Positions 37,750 to 49,235 of a DNA stretch of 64,000 bases are shown one piece after another. The DNA is from Cyanophora paradoxa CCMP329 (lineage: Eukaryota > Plantae > Glaucophyta). The stretch lies in the NCBI GenBank assembly GCA_004431415.1, contig QPMI01000560.1, forward strand, positions 62,001-126,000, given 5' to 3'. The position numbers and the translations under genes are program-made. The notes under the pieces were generated by a model that was not told where the DNA came from, made no database searches, and saw only the letters and a list, made by a program, of their open reading frames with translations. Each line of letters opens with the position of its first letter. The first letter of the stretch is position 1.

Positions 37750-38647
37750 GCGCACGGTTGCTGGAGAGGAGGCGCAGGATGGTGAGGGCGACGCTGCGCT
37801 GCTCGTCCTGCCCGTCCCCCGCCGCCTGCCCCGCCTCCCGCACGTCCGCCGAGGCGATCCCGACCAGCGCCCGGATGCCCGGCGCCGCCTCCGGGTTCCC
37901 CAGCTCCTCCTCTCCCACAGCTGCGCGCCCGTGCGCGTCAGCGCGGGACGCGCGCGACGCGGCGGCAGCCTTCGCCGGCCCCGCACCATTCTGCAGGATG
38001 AGGCCCATGAGCTGCTGCAGGTTCGCGAAGCGCACGGCCGGGTTCGTCCAGGGTGCTGCGCTTCCAAGTGTGCGCAGGAGCTGCACGGCTTGCTGCCCCG
38101 GGTCCAGGATCTGCGCAACGGGATGAGCCGTGACACGAACCCCGACGGAGCAGCACCGCACCTTCTCCTCCTGCGGGGCGATGGAGCGCCGGGCTGCACC
38201 GAGCATCAAAGAGCCCAGCGACTCGAACATGGCCGCTGTGATGCTCTTCCGCTGCCCCCGGCTCGAGCGCCCGCCGCCAAAGCTATCAATGTTGCTCGCC
38301 GCGCTCTTCCGCCGCGACTGCTGGAAGCTCTCCGGCTGCGGCGCAAACGAGGCGCTTTTGCGGCGGGACTGGAAGCTCTCCGGCGGCGGTACATTGGGCA
38401 GCTCGTGCGCAGAGCTTTCGGCGGGGCCGCTCTGCGGGACATTTAGGGCTGTGGAGCCGCGCCGGGCCGTCGAGCCACGCCTGGTCTGCCCGAAGCCGAC
38501 TTCCGGCGCCGAGGCGCTGTGCCGCAACCCATGTGGTCCACTCCCCGGCACATCTGCGCCTTCGAAGAAGAGTCAGCTAGATGCGAGGAGGGCTAACATT
38601 GGTAAGTCGCCCCCTCGCGGCGTGGGCCGGCTAGAAGGCTGTTGCAT
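35404..38647 (-). CDS. Armadillo-repeat protein with disordered Ser/Arg-rich flanks (start uncertain)
   Basis: PGIRALVGIA..ALTILRLLS, AVAVIRNLA, LVEHGGVRPLVRLVEHDSPVVRSAASAALASVA. Confidence 0.65.
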
Positions 38648-39125
38648 ATAAGGGGGTCCTAACAGATCTGCCGGCGGCGCGGCAACCGGAACGGCGCGGC
38701 GCGCGGCGGCGAGGACATGATGAGTTCGGGCGCACCTCGGGCGGCGCCGGCGCCGTTGCCCATCTGCAGCTACGCGCGCGGGCGTCGTTTATAGGAGATG
38801 CCTGGCTCTCGTACTCATTGCGGTGGAGCAACTTCCCAAGTTCTCGCGACCTCGTCCTGCTGTTGACGTAGCCCCCCAGCAGTACGAAAAAAAGTTGCGA
38901 AGAAGCTCTTCGGCAGCAGTTGCGCGGTTTGGCGGTGCTGCGGACCAGCTCGTCGCCGCTGGAGCAGAAGCTAGCCGTCCCGCGATCATCCCGACCTTTC
39001 CGGCGAAGCGACTCTGATTTCGCGTGAACTCCGGCGCCCCGCGCCGCCGGCGCTGCGCTTGAGCTCAAGCCCGGCGATATCTTTTTCTGCTGCGAAGGCG
39101 GAGGCGGAGCGACGACCTTTCGGGA

Positions 39126-40105
39126 ATGGAGCGCGCCGCGGAGCGCGCCCCTCTGCTGAGCGCCGGCGTAGCTGGCAGTCGCGCTCGGAGTGCTGGCGGC
39201 AGCCGTGGCAGCAGCCCCCTGGGGACGCTTTTTGAAGAGCCGGGGCTCCATCCTTGGACCAAGCTGGAGCCGGTCCTGGAAATTCTGAGCAGAGGCTGCA
39301 GTCTGATTGCGCTCTCGTCCGGACTTCTTCTTGCTCTGGTGTCCTTGTACTTGCGGAAGGTGAACGCGCGCGCGCCCGCCCATCGGCCGCTTCGCTTCGC
39401 GCGATTGGTTCGGCAGGTTTCGCCGCTCATCGAGTCCAAGACCCTGGCGCTCGTGATCGGCTTTGGCCTGCTGCTCACGGCCTCCATATTCCTTCTCCTG
39501 GGCTTCGAGGCGTATCTGAACAAGACGGGGAACCTTCCGGAGGAAGCGTCGAACGTAATGGTGCGCACGGGCGCCCCCGCGCGCCCGTCCGCCGCCCCTC
39601 ACGCCGGCCCCGCGCCGCGGCGCCCGCGCAGTCGAAGATCGCGACGGGGACGATCGCTTTCGCGATCGCGATCTGCGCGGCGTCGCTGGCGTGGCGGGCG
39701 GCGAACGTCGGGGAGGACGACGACCTCATCAAGAAGCCGGTCCTGCACTTCGCGGGCAGGCACCCCGACGCGCTCTGCGAGTACGAGATGCGCCACGGCT
39801 GCTCCGGCTGGCGATTCGCCTGCCCCGAGACCATCGTCCCGCCCCGCGCCTCGGCGGACCCCGCCAAGGCGCTGCAGCGGCTCTGCCCCGCGGGCTGCCC
39901 GGCCCTCTCCAACCGGGCGCCGTGCTACCCCGTCATCGCCGCGGAGAGCCGCGCCACGGACGTCGGCCTCGTCGGCGTCTGCCTCGCCCTGCTCGCCGCC
40001 CGCGCCGCCGGCGCCCTCGCCAGCGCCGCCCTCGCCCGCATCGCCGCCCACAACCGCGCCGCCCTCGAGCGCGCCATCGCCGGCCCGCCCCTCTCCCTCC
40101 TCTAG
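39126..40105 (+). CDS. Tetraspanin-like four-TM protein, 3 exons
   Basis: Three N-terminal hydrophobic helices, a large loop with six Cys (CEYEMRHGCSGW..C..C...C..C), a fourth helix, and an N-terminal ERAPLL dileucine motif. Confidence 0.6.
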
Positions 40106-40169
40106 CCCCCGGCGAGTTTCGCGGCTCCAACACCGGTTGTTTGACTGAGCCGCTGAGAGCGGAGGCGCG

Positions 40170-41363
40170 CTAGTCGCGGGGCGGGGGCGGGGGCTCGGAG
40201 GCGGCAAAGGCCTCCTTGAAGGTGTAGATGAGGACGGCGGCCTTGTACGTGAAGAAGCCGAGCAGGGAGGGGAAGAACTCGAGGAAGTCGTACTTCTTCG
40301 CGAGCAGCGCCAGCAGCACGGGGATCGCGTACCCGACCGCCCCGCCGCCCCCCGGCCCCGCCCGGTCCACGCTGCGCGCCAGCAGCACGAGGTAGCCCAG
40401 GCTGCCGGCGGCGCCGGCGGCGAAGCTCGCTGTGCTGTACTGGTCCCCCGTGATCGCGTACGCGAGGACCGTGCCGCCCACGCCGAGGACGAGGCAGTTG
40501 CGGAGCAGCTCGACCTTGATCATCGCGTACTCGCGCTCCGACTGGGCCCGCAGCGCCGCCCGCTGCTCCTCCGTCTGCGCCTGCTCCTCGGCGGTGATCA
40601 GGGCCGTCGCCTTGCTGTAGCGCGCCTCGATGCGCTCCTGCTGCTTCGCCTTCTTCGCGTTCAGGCGGCGCTGGCGGGACGAGGGGCCCCCGACGATGGG
40701 GTAGCGGGCGGCGGGCGTGTCTGCGGCGCGCTTGGCCTCCTCCTCCATGCGCGCCATGAAGCGCTTCGTCTCGCGCATCGCCTCGCTGTCCTCCTCCGTC
40801 GAGAAGATGCGCCGCGGCATGTCGTCCACCACGTACACCTCCTCCCGCAGCCGCCCCAGCCGCTCCAGCTCCTGCTCCTGCCGCCGCCGCTCCGCTTCCG
40901 CCGCCGCCTCCCGCTCCGCACGCTCCCGCTCGATCCGCTCGTTGTCCTCCGCCCGCCGGTCCGGCTTCACCTCCTCGTACACCCACTTGCGCTGCCGGAA
41001 GTCCCATTCCTTTCTCGGCTTCACCTCGAAGTCTTCGAACTGCTTCCGCGAGTCCCCGCGCGCCGCCTCCGGCGCTGCCCCGCCGATCTCGGCGGCCGAG
41101 AACCCAGCGCGCCTGCCGCCGCGCTTCAAGGGCGCAGTGGTGCGGAGCCTGTGCGCAAGGCGAGCGCGTCAGAAGGCAGATCGCAAGCTAAACAGGGCGA
41201 CGCCCGCCGCGCGGCAGGCGGCGAGCGCGAGCTTGACCGGCGAGTGCGCGCACCCGCTTTCGGGCCTCAGCAACCGTAGCTGCGTCGGTGCAGGGCTGCC
41301 GAGCTCACGGATGATCTGCCCCCGCGCAGGCGGCAGGCACGACAAGCCGCAAAAAGCTGTCAT
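40170..41363 (-). CDS. CGL160: CGL160/AtpI-like plastid ATP synthase assembly factor, 2 exons
   Basis: MTAF transit-like start; charged N-terminal domain, then EREYAMIKVELL..LVLGVGG..YSTASFAAGAAGSLGYLVLLARSVD..FFPSLLGFFTYKAAVL. Confidence 0.82.
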
Positions 41364-41504
41364 CTCGCGCTGGAGCTGTGGGCTGTCTGCTGCGCCCGGC
41401 GGTCGCGCGTTCTACAGACCCGGCCGTCCGAGCTTCTTATATCCGACTCTAGCGCGGCGCCGCGATCCAAGCCGATCTGCGCTAGACGGGTACGGGTAGC
41501 CGCG

Positions 41505-43584
41505 ATGCACGCGTTCGTTGCGGGCCTCCCCGCACAGCCACGAGGCGCCCGAGCGGTTCAGCACGAACTGCTGCGTGGCCAGGCCTGCCCCGCGGCGCCG
41601 GAGGCGGCGCGCGCGCGGATCGGCCGGCGGTCGAGGTTCTTCACAGGGGTCCAGAGCCGCGCGGAGAGGAGGCCTCGGTTCGATGCGCGGCCGCCCCACG
41701 CGTCCAGCAGCTGTCCGGTGGTGGCACGTGTGGCGCTTGACTCTGTGCCGAAAGTCCCGGTTGTCGCCAATCAAGCGATCGAATCCGTGCGTTTGCTGCG
41801 GCCTTGCGGCGTGCTAGGCGCATGAATTGGGCTCGATTGCAGATCTTGAAGGAGCTTGAGGGATCGCAACGACCCACAGATTGCGAGGCGCTCGTCATCG
41901 GCACGGGCCCCGCAGGCCTCGCCCTCGCCTCGGAGCTGAGCGCGCGGTGAGTGCGAGCGCCCTCAGGGGGTTAGCTAAGTGCTGAATTCTTGCCGCGCCC
42001 CGCAACAGCGGCGTGTCGGTCGTGCTGGCGGGCGACAACGTGTCGGCGCGGTGGATCCCCAACTACGGCGTGTGGCTCGGTGCGGCGACCGCTTGCGGCG
42101 GACCCAGTCCAGCCGCAGCTATTTGACGTCTCTCAGATGAGTTCCTGCCGCTGGGCTACAGCGAGAGCCTGCTCGCGAAGATCTGGCCCCGCACGACCGT
42201 CGACTTCCGGCCCGAGGCCCGGCGCATGTGCGGGCCCCGCCCCGCGCTCCCCGGTCTCCCCGCGCGCGCGCTAACGTGGCGGGGCAGGGTGCTGGACCGG
42301 CCGTACGGGCGCGTGGACCGGGTGAAGATGCAGGAGGAGCTGCTGAGGCGGTGCCAGCGGGGCGGCGTGCGGCTCGTCCAGCAGACCGTCACGGGGGTCG
42401 AGCACGATCGCACCGACTCCAGCCTCGTCCGCCTGTGCGCCGCGGGCGCCCCGCGCCGGCCCCGGCCGCCGCTGCCGCTGACGGGAGGGCGCAGCGGGGA
42501 CGGGGGCGAGCTGCGGGCGGGGGTGGTGGTGGACGCGACGGGCCACGGGGGCCGCTTCATGCGCTTCGGGCGGGACCAGGACGCGCTCGGCACCGAGCAC
42601 GGCGGGTCCCTCAAGAGCAACGCCCGCGCCCAGGGCGTCCAGGTGAGGGATGCGAGGCGGCCAGCGAGGGGCGGGGGGGCCGAGCGGGGCGGGCGGCAGG
42701 TGGCGTACGGCGTGGAGGCGGAGACGGAGGGCCCGCACGTGTGGCCCCTCGACGAGATGCTCCTCATGGACTTCCGTGCGCGCCCCGTACCCCCCGGGCG
42801 CCTGCCCCCGAGCCGGGGCGCAGGGAGCGAGCACCTGACGAGGGAGGAGGCGGAGAAGGAGGCGCCGACGTTCCTCTACGCGATGCCGATGAGCGAGACG
42901 CGGGTCTTCCTGGAGGAGACGTCGCTCGTCGCCCGCCCCGCCCTCGAGTTCGGGATGATCAAGGACCGCATGGAGCGGCGGCTCGCCTCGCTCGGCGTCA
43001 CCCTCAAGCACGTCGAGGAGGTCGAGTACTGCTACATCCCCATGGGCGGCGACCTCCCCGAGCCCGGCCGCGTCGTCGGCTTCGGCGGGGCGGCGCGCCT
43101 CGTGCACCCCTCCACGGGCTACATGTTCACCCGCGGCCTCGCCATGGCCCCCGTCCTCGCCGAGGCCCTCGCCGCCGCCCTCCGCGGGGGCGACCGGGCG
43201 AGCGCGGAGCGGGTGGCGGCGGCCGGCTGGGGCGCCCTCTGGTCCGGGGCGGGGCGCAAGGAGCGGGAGTTCTTCAAGTTCGGGATGGAGGTGCTGCTGG
43301 ACCTGGACCTCGCCGAGACGCGCCTCTTCTTCGACCGCTTCTTCGCCCTCCCCGACTGGCAGTGGCACGGCTTCCTCAAGCAGGACCTCCGCACCTACCA
43401 GATCCTCGCCTTCGGCCCGCCCCCCTCGCCCGCCCTCCCCCCCCGCTGCTCTGACGCGGCTCCGCTTCGCTTGCGCGCAGGGCTGACGCTCTTCGCGGGG
43501 GCGCCCTGGTCGCTGCGCCTCCGCCTCGTCCTCGCCGGCCTCCGCGACGGCGGCCTCCCCCTCCTCGCCGCCCTTCTCGGCTAG
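41505..43584 (+). CDS. LCYB: Plastid lycopene cyclase (CrtL type, most likely beta-cyclase)
   Basis: MHAF transit-like start; LVIGTGPAGLALA, WIPNYGVWLDEF, LDRPYGRVDR, QVAYGV, PTFLYAMP..VFLEETSL, EYCYIPMGG, LVHPSTGY. Confidence 0.93.
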
Positions 43585-43743
43585 CCCCTCCAGCCGCCCC
43601 TCGCTTAACCGAGATCCGCATCGCACGGCTCAGAGTGCACAGGCGGGCGAACCATAGGCAATGCCGGCTTCGATTATTTACAGCGGCCCGTACACGGGAT
43701 CTAGATTCAGGGCTAGCCAAGTAGCCCAGTAGAGGCCTCGGGC

Positions 43744-44947
43744 TCAGGCGGCGGCGCGGGCGATCTTGAAGTCCTCCCCCTTCGGCTCGTCCTTCCCCGG
43801 CTCGCCCTGCAGCCCGGCCGTCATGATCGAACGCGAGCGATGTCGACCGAAGCAAGGGCCCGATAGGACGCACTCCGAAGGGGCGGTCGGCAGGGCCTTC
43901 GTCTGTGAACGACGGGTGGCACTCGTCCCTCCCCTCCCTCACGTTCCACCTGCAGCGCTCGCGCACGTGAGGCGCGCGCACCCGCGCCGCTAAGAGTGGA
44001 GGCCGCATGCGCACTTGTGCCCGTGGTGGCCGGTCTCGTGAGGGCTGTCGCGCGTCGCCTGCCCCGCCGCCGCCAAGCCAGAGCCGGCCCCGCGGCCACC
44101 CTCCGTGTCGATCACGGGCACCTCGCGCCGCCCACCGACGGCCCCGCCCGGCCGCGGGACGCGCACGACTGCGCCTCCGGTCAGATCTGAGATCAGATCC
44201 TCAGATTTAGCAAAGCCCTGTGCTCACCGAGGTAGCCCTGCTTCATCGAGGCCTGGACGGCGTCTTGCCCGAGCGAAGCGAGGCCACGGATGTGGAGGGT
44301 CTCAGAGAACTGCACAGCGCGCGCTGTAAGAAGAAAGTCGCTTGCCAGCGAGCCACGTGCAGCGGGGCTGACCTTGCCGACGCGCTTGAAGTACCGGTTC
44401 TGATCGTCCGACTCCTCGCGACTCTCGCCTCGAATCGTCAGATGATCGCCCTGCAGAAGAAAGCGCGAATGAATCGGTCCACGCGCGCCGGCGCGAGCGC
44501 ACGCCAGCTGCTTCAAGCCGCGAACCTCGACCTCGACCTGCGAGGACAGACAGTCGGAGACGGCGCACGAGGACATTCAATAAACGCTCGCCTTCACGTC
44601 GTCCTTCGCGAAGCCAGGTATTTCGGCGCGTACGATGAGCTCGCCCGGCTTGTCGTCGACTTCCAGGGCCGGTACGAGTGTGCTCGCGCGTGCCCCTGAT
44701 GCGATGAGGTTCGGGAACGTTTGGGAACGCGTACGGTATGAAGCGGACCCTGGCTGAGGGCGCGCGGGAGCTCATCCAGGAGGTCGTCAACGGAGAAGCG
44801 CCTGCAAGAAAGATGCGCGCGCGCGTGTGCGCAAGCTGACGATAAAGCGCAGGCGCGCGGCGGCACGGACCTGGCCTCGCGCGCCCGCGGAGCAGTGGCC
44901 CGCGCAATCGAGCGCATGAGGCGCGGAAGGCCCAGCCCGAACGTCAT
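43744..44947 (-). CDS. Small heat-shock protein (HSP20/alpha-crystallin domain) with C-terminal extension
   Basis: PALEVDDKPGELIVRAEIPGFAKDDVKVEVEGDHLTIRGE..FSETL..VQASMKQGYLVVRVPR..REVPV. The last two exons are less certain. Confidence 0.78.
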
Positions 44948-45096
44948 CGTGCTGCGTTTCTCGCTTTTTTCGAAAAGGTCCGTCGTGGGGTACAAGAGGC
45001 TACTCCGAACGGGTACAGTCGCGCAGCTCGTCTGAACTCCGGTGAACCAGAAGACCTCTCCCAGCTCGTCGCGTAGACACCTCAAACCGCTTCAAG

Positions 45097-46627
45097 ATGG
45101 CCTTCGTCGCGCCCACGCCGATCCTCTCCGCCAAGAAGTTCGCTCTTCCCAAGAGCTCCGCCGTCAGCCGGCCGGCACGCTTCTTCGTCACCGCCCAGGC
45201 GGAGGACACGAAGGCCAAGAAGGCCAACAAGAAGACTGAGGACTTCGAGAACGTCTAGCCTAGGCGACAGCCTAGGCGACACATTCACGTGAATGAACCT
45301 AGCCCCCGCGAGCACGTGAACTCTAGTTGCGCGAGGTTTCTAGCTTTGAACGCCCGTGTGCATGTGGCTAGGTTCTTCGGCCGAGCACGGGCGCGGGTCG
45401 GAGCTAAGTCTGAGAGTCGAACTTCGGAATTCACGTGAATTCACGTGATTTTCTGCCGAATTCACGTGAATTCTAATTACATTTCTGCCTAATTCACGTA
45501 AATTCCTAGCGCTACTAGGCTAGGCCTGGCGACGCCACATGTACAGTTCACGTGGATTCGACTCGGCTCAGAGTGCTCAGAGTCGGCTGCCGTCGTTTGT
45601 ACTGCCAGGCTGCTTTTCGAAGGTAAAACGCCGCAGTTCACGTGAATTCGACTGTAGCTACTAGTACTAGTAGCCTAGGCCTGCGCATGCCGACGTACTC
45701 ATACTGGATATCTGCTGCAGTTCACGAGGATTGCACTATTACTTTGGAATTCGAAGTTCACGTGGATTCAATTCACGTACGTGCCCGTGCGGACTTCGTC
45801 AACGACAGTCGGACCCCGCCCGCGGCCGGCGCTTCATTCTGGCCGGCGCCTGATCGCCGCCCCTGCGGACGTCGTCGGCGTCTTAACGTATACAGAAGGA
45901 GGAGTTCCCTACCCGTGCGTACGGCCCCGGACGTCCAATGACGGCCTCAATTGAACCGGCCGCTGCGTTCAGATGTTGTGAACCCGTACACTTCGTCGTC
46001 CGACCAGAAGGCGATCAAGGCTGCGGTCAAGAAGATGGAAAAGGTGCGATCGCCGCCGCCGGGCCGCCGCGCCGGCCGCTCTGAAGGTTGCGATCGCCGC
46101 TCACGGCTGCCGCCCAATTCTGCAGGGTGCTGCCACATTCCGTGCGCCTAAGCAGGAGAAGAAGGAGGATGCTATGTTCACTTCCGACATGATGAGCAGC
46201 GTCTTTGACACCACGCACGACGAGTGCGCCGACCAGCACTCACTGGTCGGCGTCCGGATCCACTTGCTAATCTCTTTCCAGGTTCCCGCACGGGGCCGAA
46301 ATGACAGTGCCGTTCTCGGGGCCGACGAGCGCGGCCGACATCAAGAGCGCGGCAAAGAAGAGCCAGGGCGTCTACAAGAAGGCTGGCCCGGCGCCGCCCG
46401 CCACCCCGGCCAACAAGACGTTCATCGGCGAGGCCGTCCAGAAGTCCTTCGAGACCACCGCGGGCGAGAGCAACTACCCCCAGGGCAACCGTGCGCCCGT
46501 TCTTGCGCTCCCCCGCGACTTGACCGGCCGATTTTCTTATTTTCTTGTTGCAGGCGATGCGGCCTTCAAGGAGCCTTTCCTCTCGCAGCAGGAGATCCGG
46601 AAGCGGATGAAGGACCAGGGCCTGTAA
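45097..46627 (+). CDS. Unknown plastid-targeted protein (about 210 aa) with three internal repeats, 6 exons
   Basis: Exons 45097-45252, 45896-45914, 45973-46043, 46126-46223, 46282-46490 and 46554-46627 all join in phase via GT-AG; transit peptide MAFVAPTPILSAKKFALPKSSAVSRPARFFVTAQA. Confidence 0.8.
45255..45778. repeat. TTCACGTGAA/CACGTG-rich intronic insertion, possibly a non-autonomous element, flanked by ACGT
   Basis: About eight CACGTG cores plus variants; duplicated agcctaggcgaca; ACGT at 45251-45254 and 45779-45782. Confidence 0.55.
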
Positions 46628-46832
46628 AGGCGAGGACATCGATATCGGTGGCTTCGAATCGTGCCATCTGTAGCGTTTTCAAGGTTGTCGAGCTGGGGTT
46701 TTCTCATCGGGGCATTTTCAATGCTTTCTCTTTCTCTTGCACAGCCATTTTGGGGAATTTTTTTCTCTTGTACTTTTAATGCGCTTTCTGTGAGCATAAT
46801 ACTATGACAGAGTAACGTAAATCGCTCCGTGG

Positions 46833-48551
46833 CTAGCAGAGGGCAGAGAGGGGCACGCGGGGCGGGGCGAAGGACCAGAGGAAGGCGCCGGTGTCTGTGC
46901 CGAGGACGAGGGCGTTCTTGCCGGCGACGCGGAGGCAGTTCACGGAGTGCTTGAGCGGGTCGTCCGCCTGCCAGACCCGCTCGCAGGCCCCGGCCCCGGC
47001 GCCGGCCTGGCCGTCGGCGCCCGCGCCGCTCACGTCCCACACGCGCGCCGTGCCGTCCTGGCTCGCGCTGACGAGGAGGCGGCCCTCCTCCGCCGTCCCC
47101 AGGCCCATCACTGCCCGCCCCGCGTGACCCCGGGCAAGCAGGGGGCGGGGCGGGGCGGGCGAGGGGCGCGCCGAGGTCGGTGTGGCCGTGCATCTCGCGC
47201 TCGAGGAGGCCGGCGCGCAGGTCCCAGATCGCCACCGAGTGCTTGTACTGCCCGCCCCCCGCCGCTCAGGCCGGGTGGGGCGGCGCGGCGCGGCGCGGGG
47301 CGGGCGGGGCGGGGCACCAGGGCGCAGACGGCCACGCGGGAGGCCCCCACAGGGCACAGGCGCCAGACGTACTCCCGGGGCGGGCCGAGGGGCGGCGCCC
47401 CCCCGACGAGGGCTCCCGCGGCAGCGGGGGGCGGGGAGGGCGGCCTCAGGGACAGGAGGGGCGCGGTCGCCCGCGTGTCCCACACGTTCAGCACCCCGAA
47501 GGCCCCCCCCGACACAAGCGTCGCGCCGCCGGGGCCCGACGCGGCGCCCCCCGGAGGCATCCAGGCCAGCGAGCAGACCTCCCCGGGGTGGCCCTGCGGG
47601 CGTCGAGGCGCGCGCCGTCAGCTCCTGAGGCCCTCAGCAGCGCCGATCCACGGACGCTCACCTCGAGTATGCGCACGCAGCGGGGCCTCTCGCGGAGATC
47701 CCACATGCGCACGGTGCCGTCCGCCCCGCCGCTCGCGACTAGGGGCTCGCCGCCCTCCAGCGCCGCCACGGTGTTGACCGAGTCCCTGCGGCCGCGCGCG
47801 CTCACCTCCGATCGCAAGGCTCCCCGGGGCGTGGGCGGCGCACGAGTGCCCCGAGAGGGACTCGGCAAAGGTCGCCCCGGCGGGGCTCAGCTTCCAGACG
47901 CGCAGGGTGCGGTCCGACGAGCCGCTGACGAGCGTGTCGCCGGAGATGCTCACCGCTCGCACCCAGTCCGTGTGCCCCCGAAGCGAGCTGACGAGGCCGC
48001 CGCTGTCGACCAGCAGCAGGGACACAGCCCCGTCGCGCTTGCCGGCCGCCACGAATCGCTGGCTGATGTCGATGCTGAGGGCCGAGTTTACGCCCTGCAG
48101 CTTCTTCTGCACGTAGACGCCCGACGCGAAATTCCGCTCGCACTGGTACCGCGCCGCGAAGCACCTGCGGTGCGCCGCTGATCGGGGCCCATCCTCGGCT
48201 GCGAAGCGGGTCAGGCGCCGCGCTGTAGCTCAACTGCACGACCCCAGGCTCACATTCACTGAGAGACGCTTCTGCTTCGCTTGCGAGCATCCTCCAGCCC
48301 CGCCGCTGGCAGAGGGACCGCCAGAGAGGTGCAGCCTCTGCGGGCGGGCGCGTGAGTGCGCGGGCCCAGCTTTCGCTGCTTGCACACGCACCGATCAGCG
48401 CGCGCATCCGTCTGCATACCCGCGTGCACCGCGCCAGGCCCGGCCCGTCGAGAAGGGCCATGATGTCTACGAGGAGGGCGTCCGGCAGATCGCACAAGAC
48501 AGCTCCTGGATGCTCCGATGACCCGTCCGTGGGCCCCGCGGGCCCCTGCAT
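46833..48551 (-). CDS. F-box/WD40-repeat protein
   Basis: LCDLPDALLVDIMALLD..LARCTRVCRRMR..LWRSLC F-box; GHTDWVRAV..VSGSSDRTLRVW, ASGGADGTVRMWD, VSASQDGTARVWD. Confidence 0.88.
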
Positions 48552-49235
48552 CGCGGCTTTCACCGGATGTCTTCCAGCAGGGTAGAAGAGATCTTCGTTC
48601 GCGGAAGGCCAATTTGCAACACTAGAAACGTCGTCGACAAACGAGACTCAATTGCAAAACACTCGAGCGATGCACCGCCCTTGCATTCTCCTGCCTGCTC
48701 TGAAGCGTGGAGACCCCTGCCCGGGCACGATTGAGGCCCTGGTGATGCAGATGTTCGGGCGGGAATGTTCCCCACACTCCTCATGTGAACGTGCACTTCA
48801 GCTCCTGGCGCGCTCAAAGCGACCGCTCGTGCACTGCAAACACGTGGCATGCCTGGGGCATGCCGGCGCCACTGCCGTGCGGAAAAGCGACCGAATCAAA
48901 ATCCGGGCTGCGTCGGCCGCGGCTGCGGCTGCAGGCAACGTTAACGGGCTGGTGGGGAAGAAGAGGCCAGCCGCCGCCGCGGGCTGCATTCGGGCCGATA
49001 ACGGGCGGGACCGGAAGCGCAGGAGGGTGCAGGAGCGGAACTGAAACGCGATTCGGATCCTACAGCTAGCTGCAGAACTGGAAACCCCAAATCCCACAAA
49101 AACGCCATGCGCCCATTGTACAGACCAGAGAAAGAAGTTCTTTAAAAGTCAACGCCTTGTACAGTAATGTCGCAATAGCCTCGAAAAATAATAGTAGAAG
49201 AGACCCTGCTACGCCGGGGCGCGGGGGCGGGTGGG

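Noticed and set aside
45255-45778. CRISPR array
   Set aside because: Repeats are short (about 10 nt) and irregularly spaced, inside a eukaryotic intron, with no cas genes.
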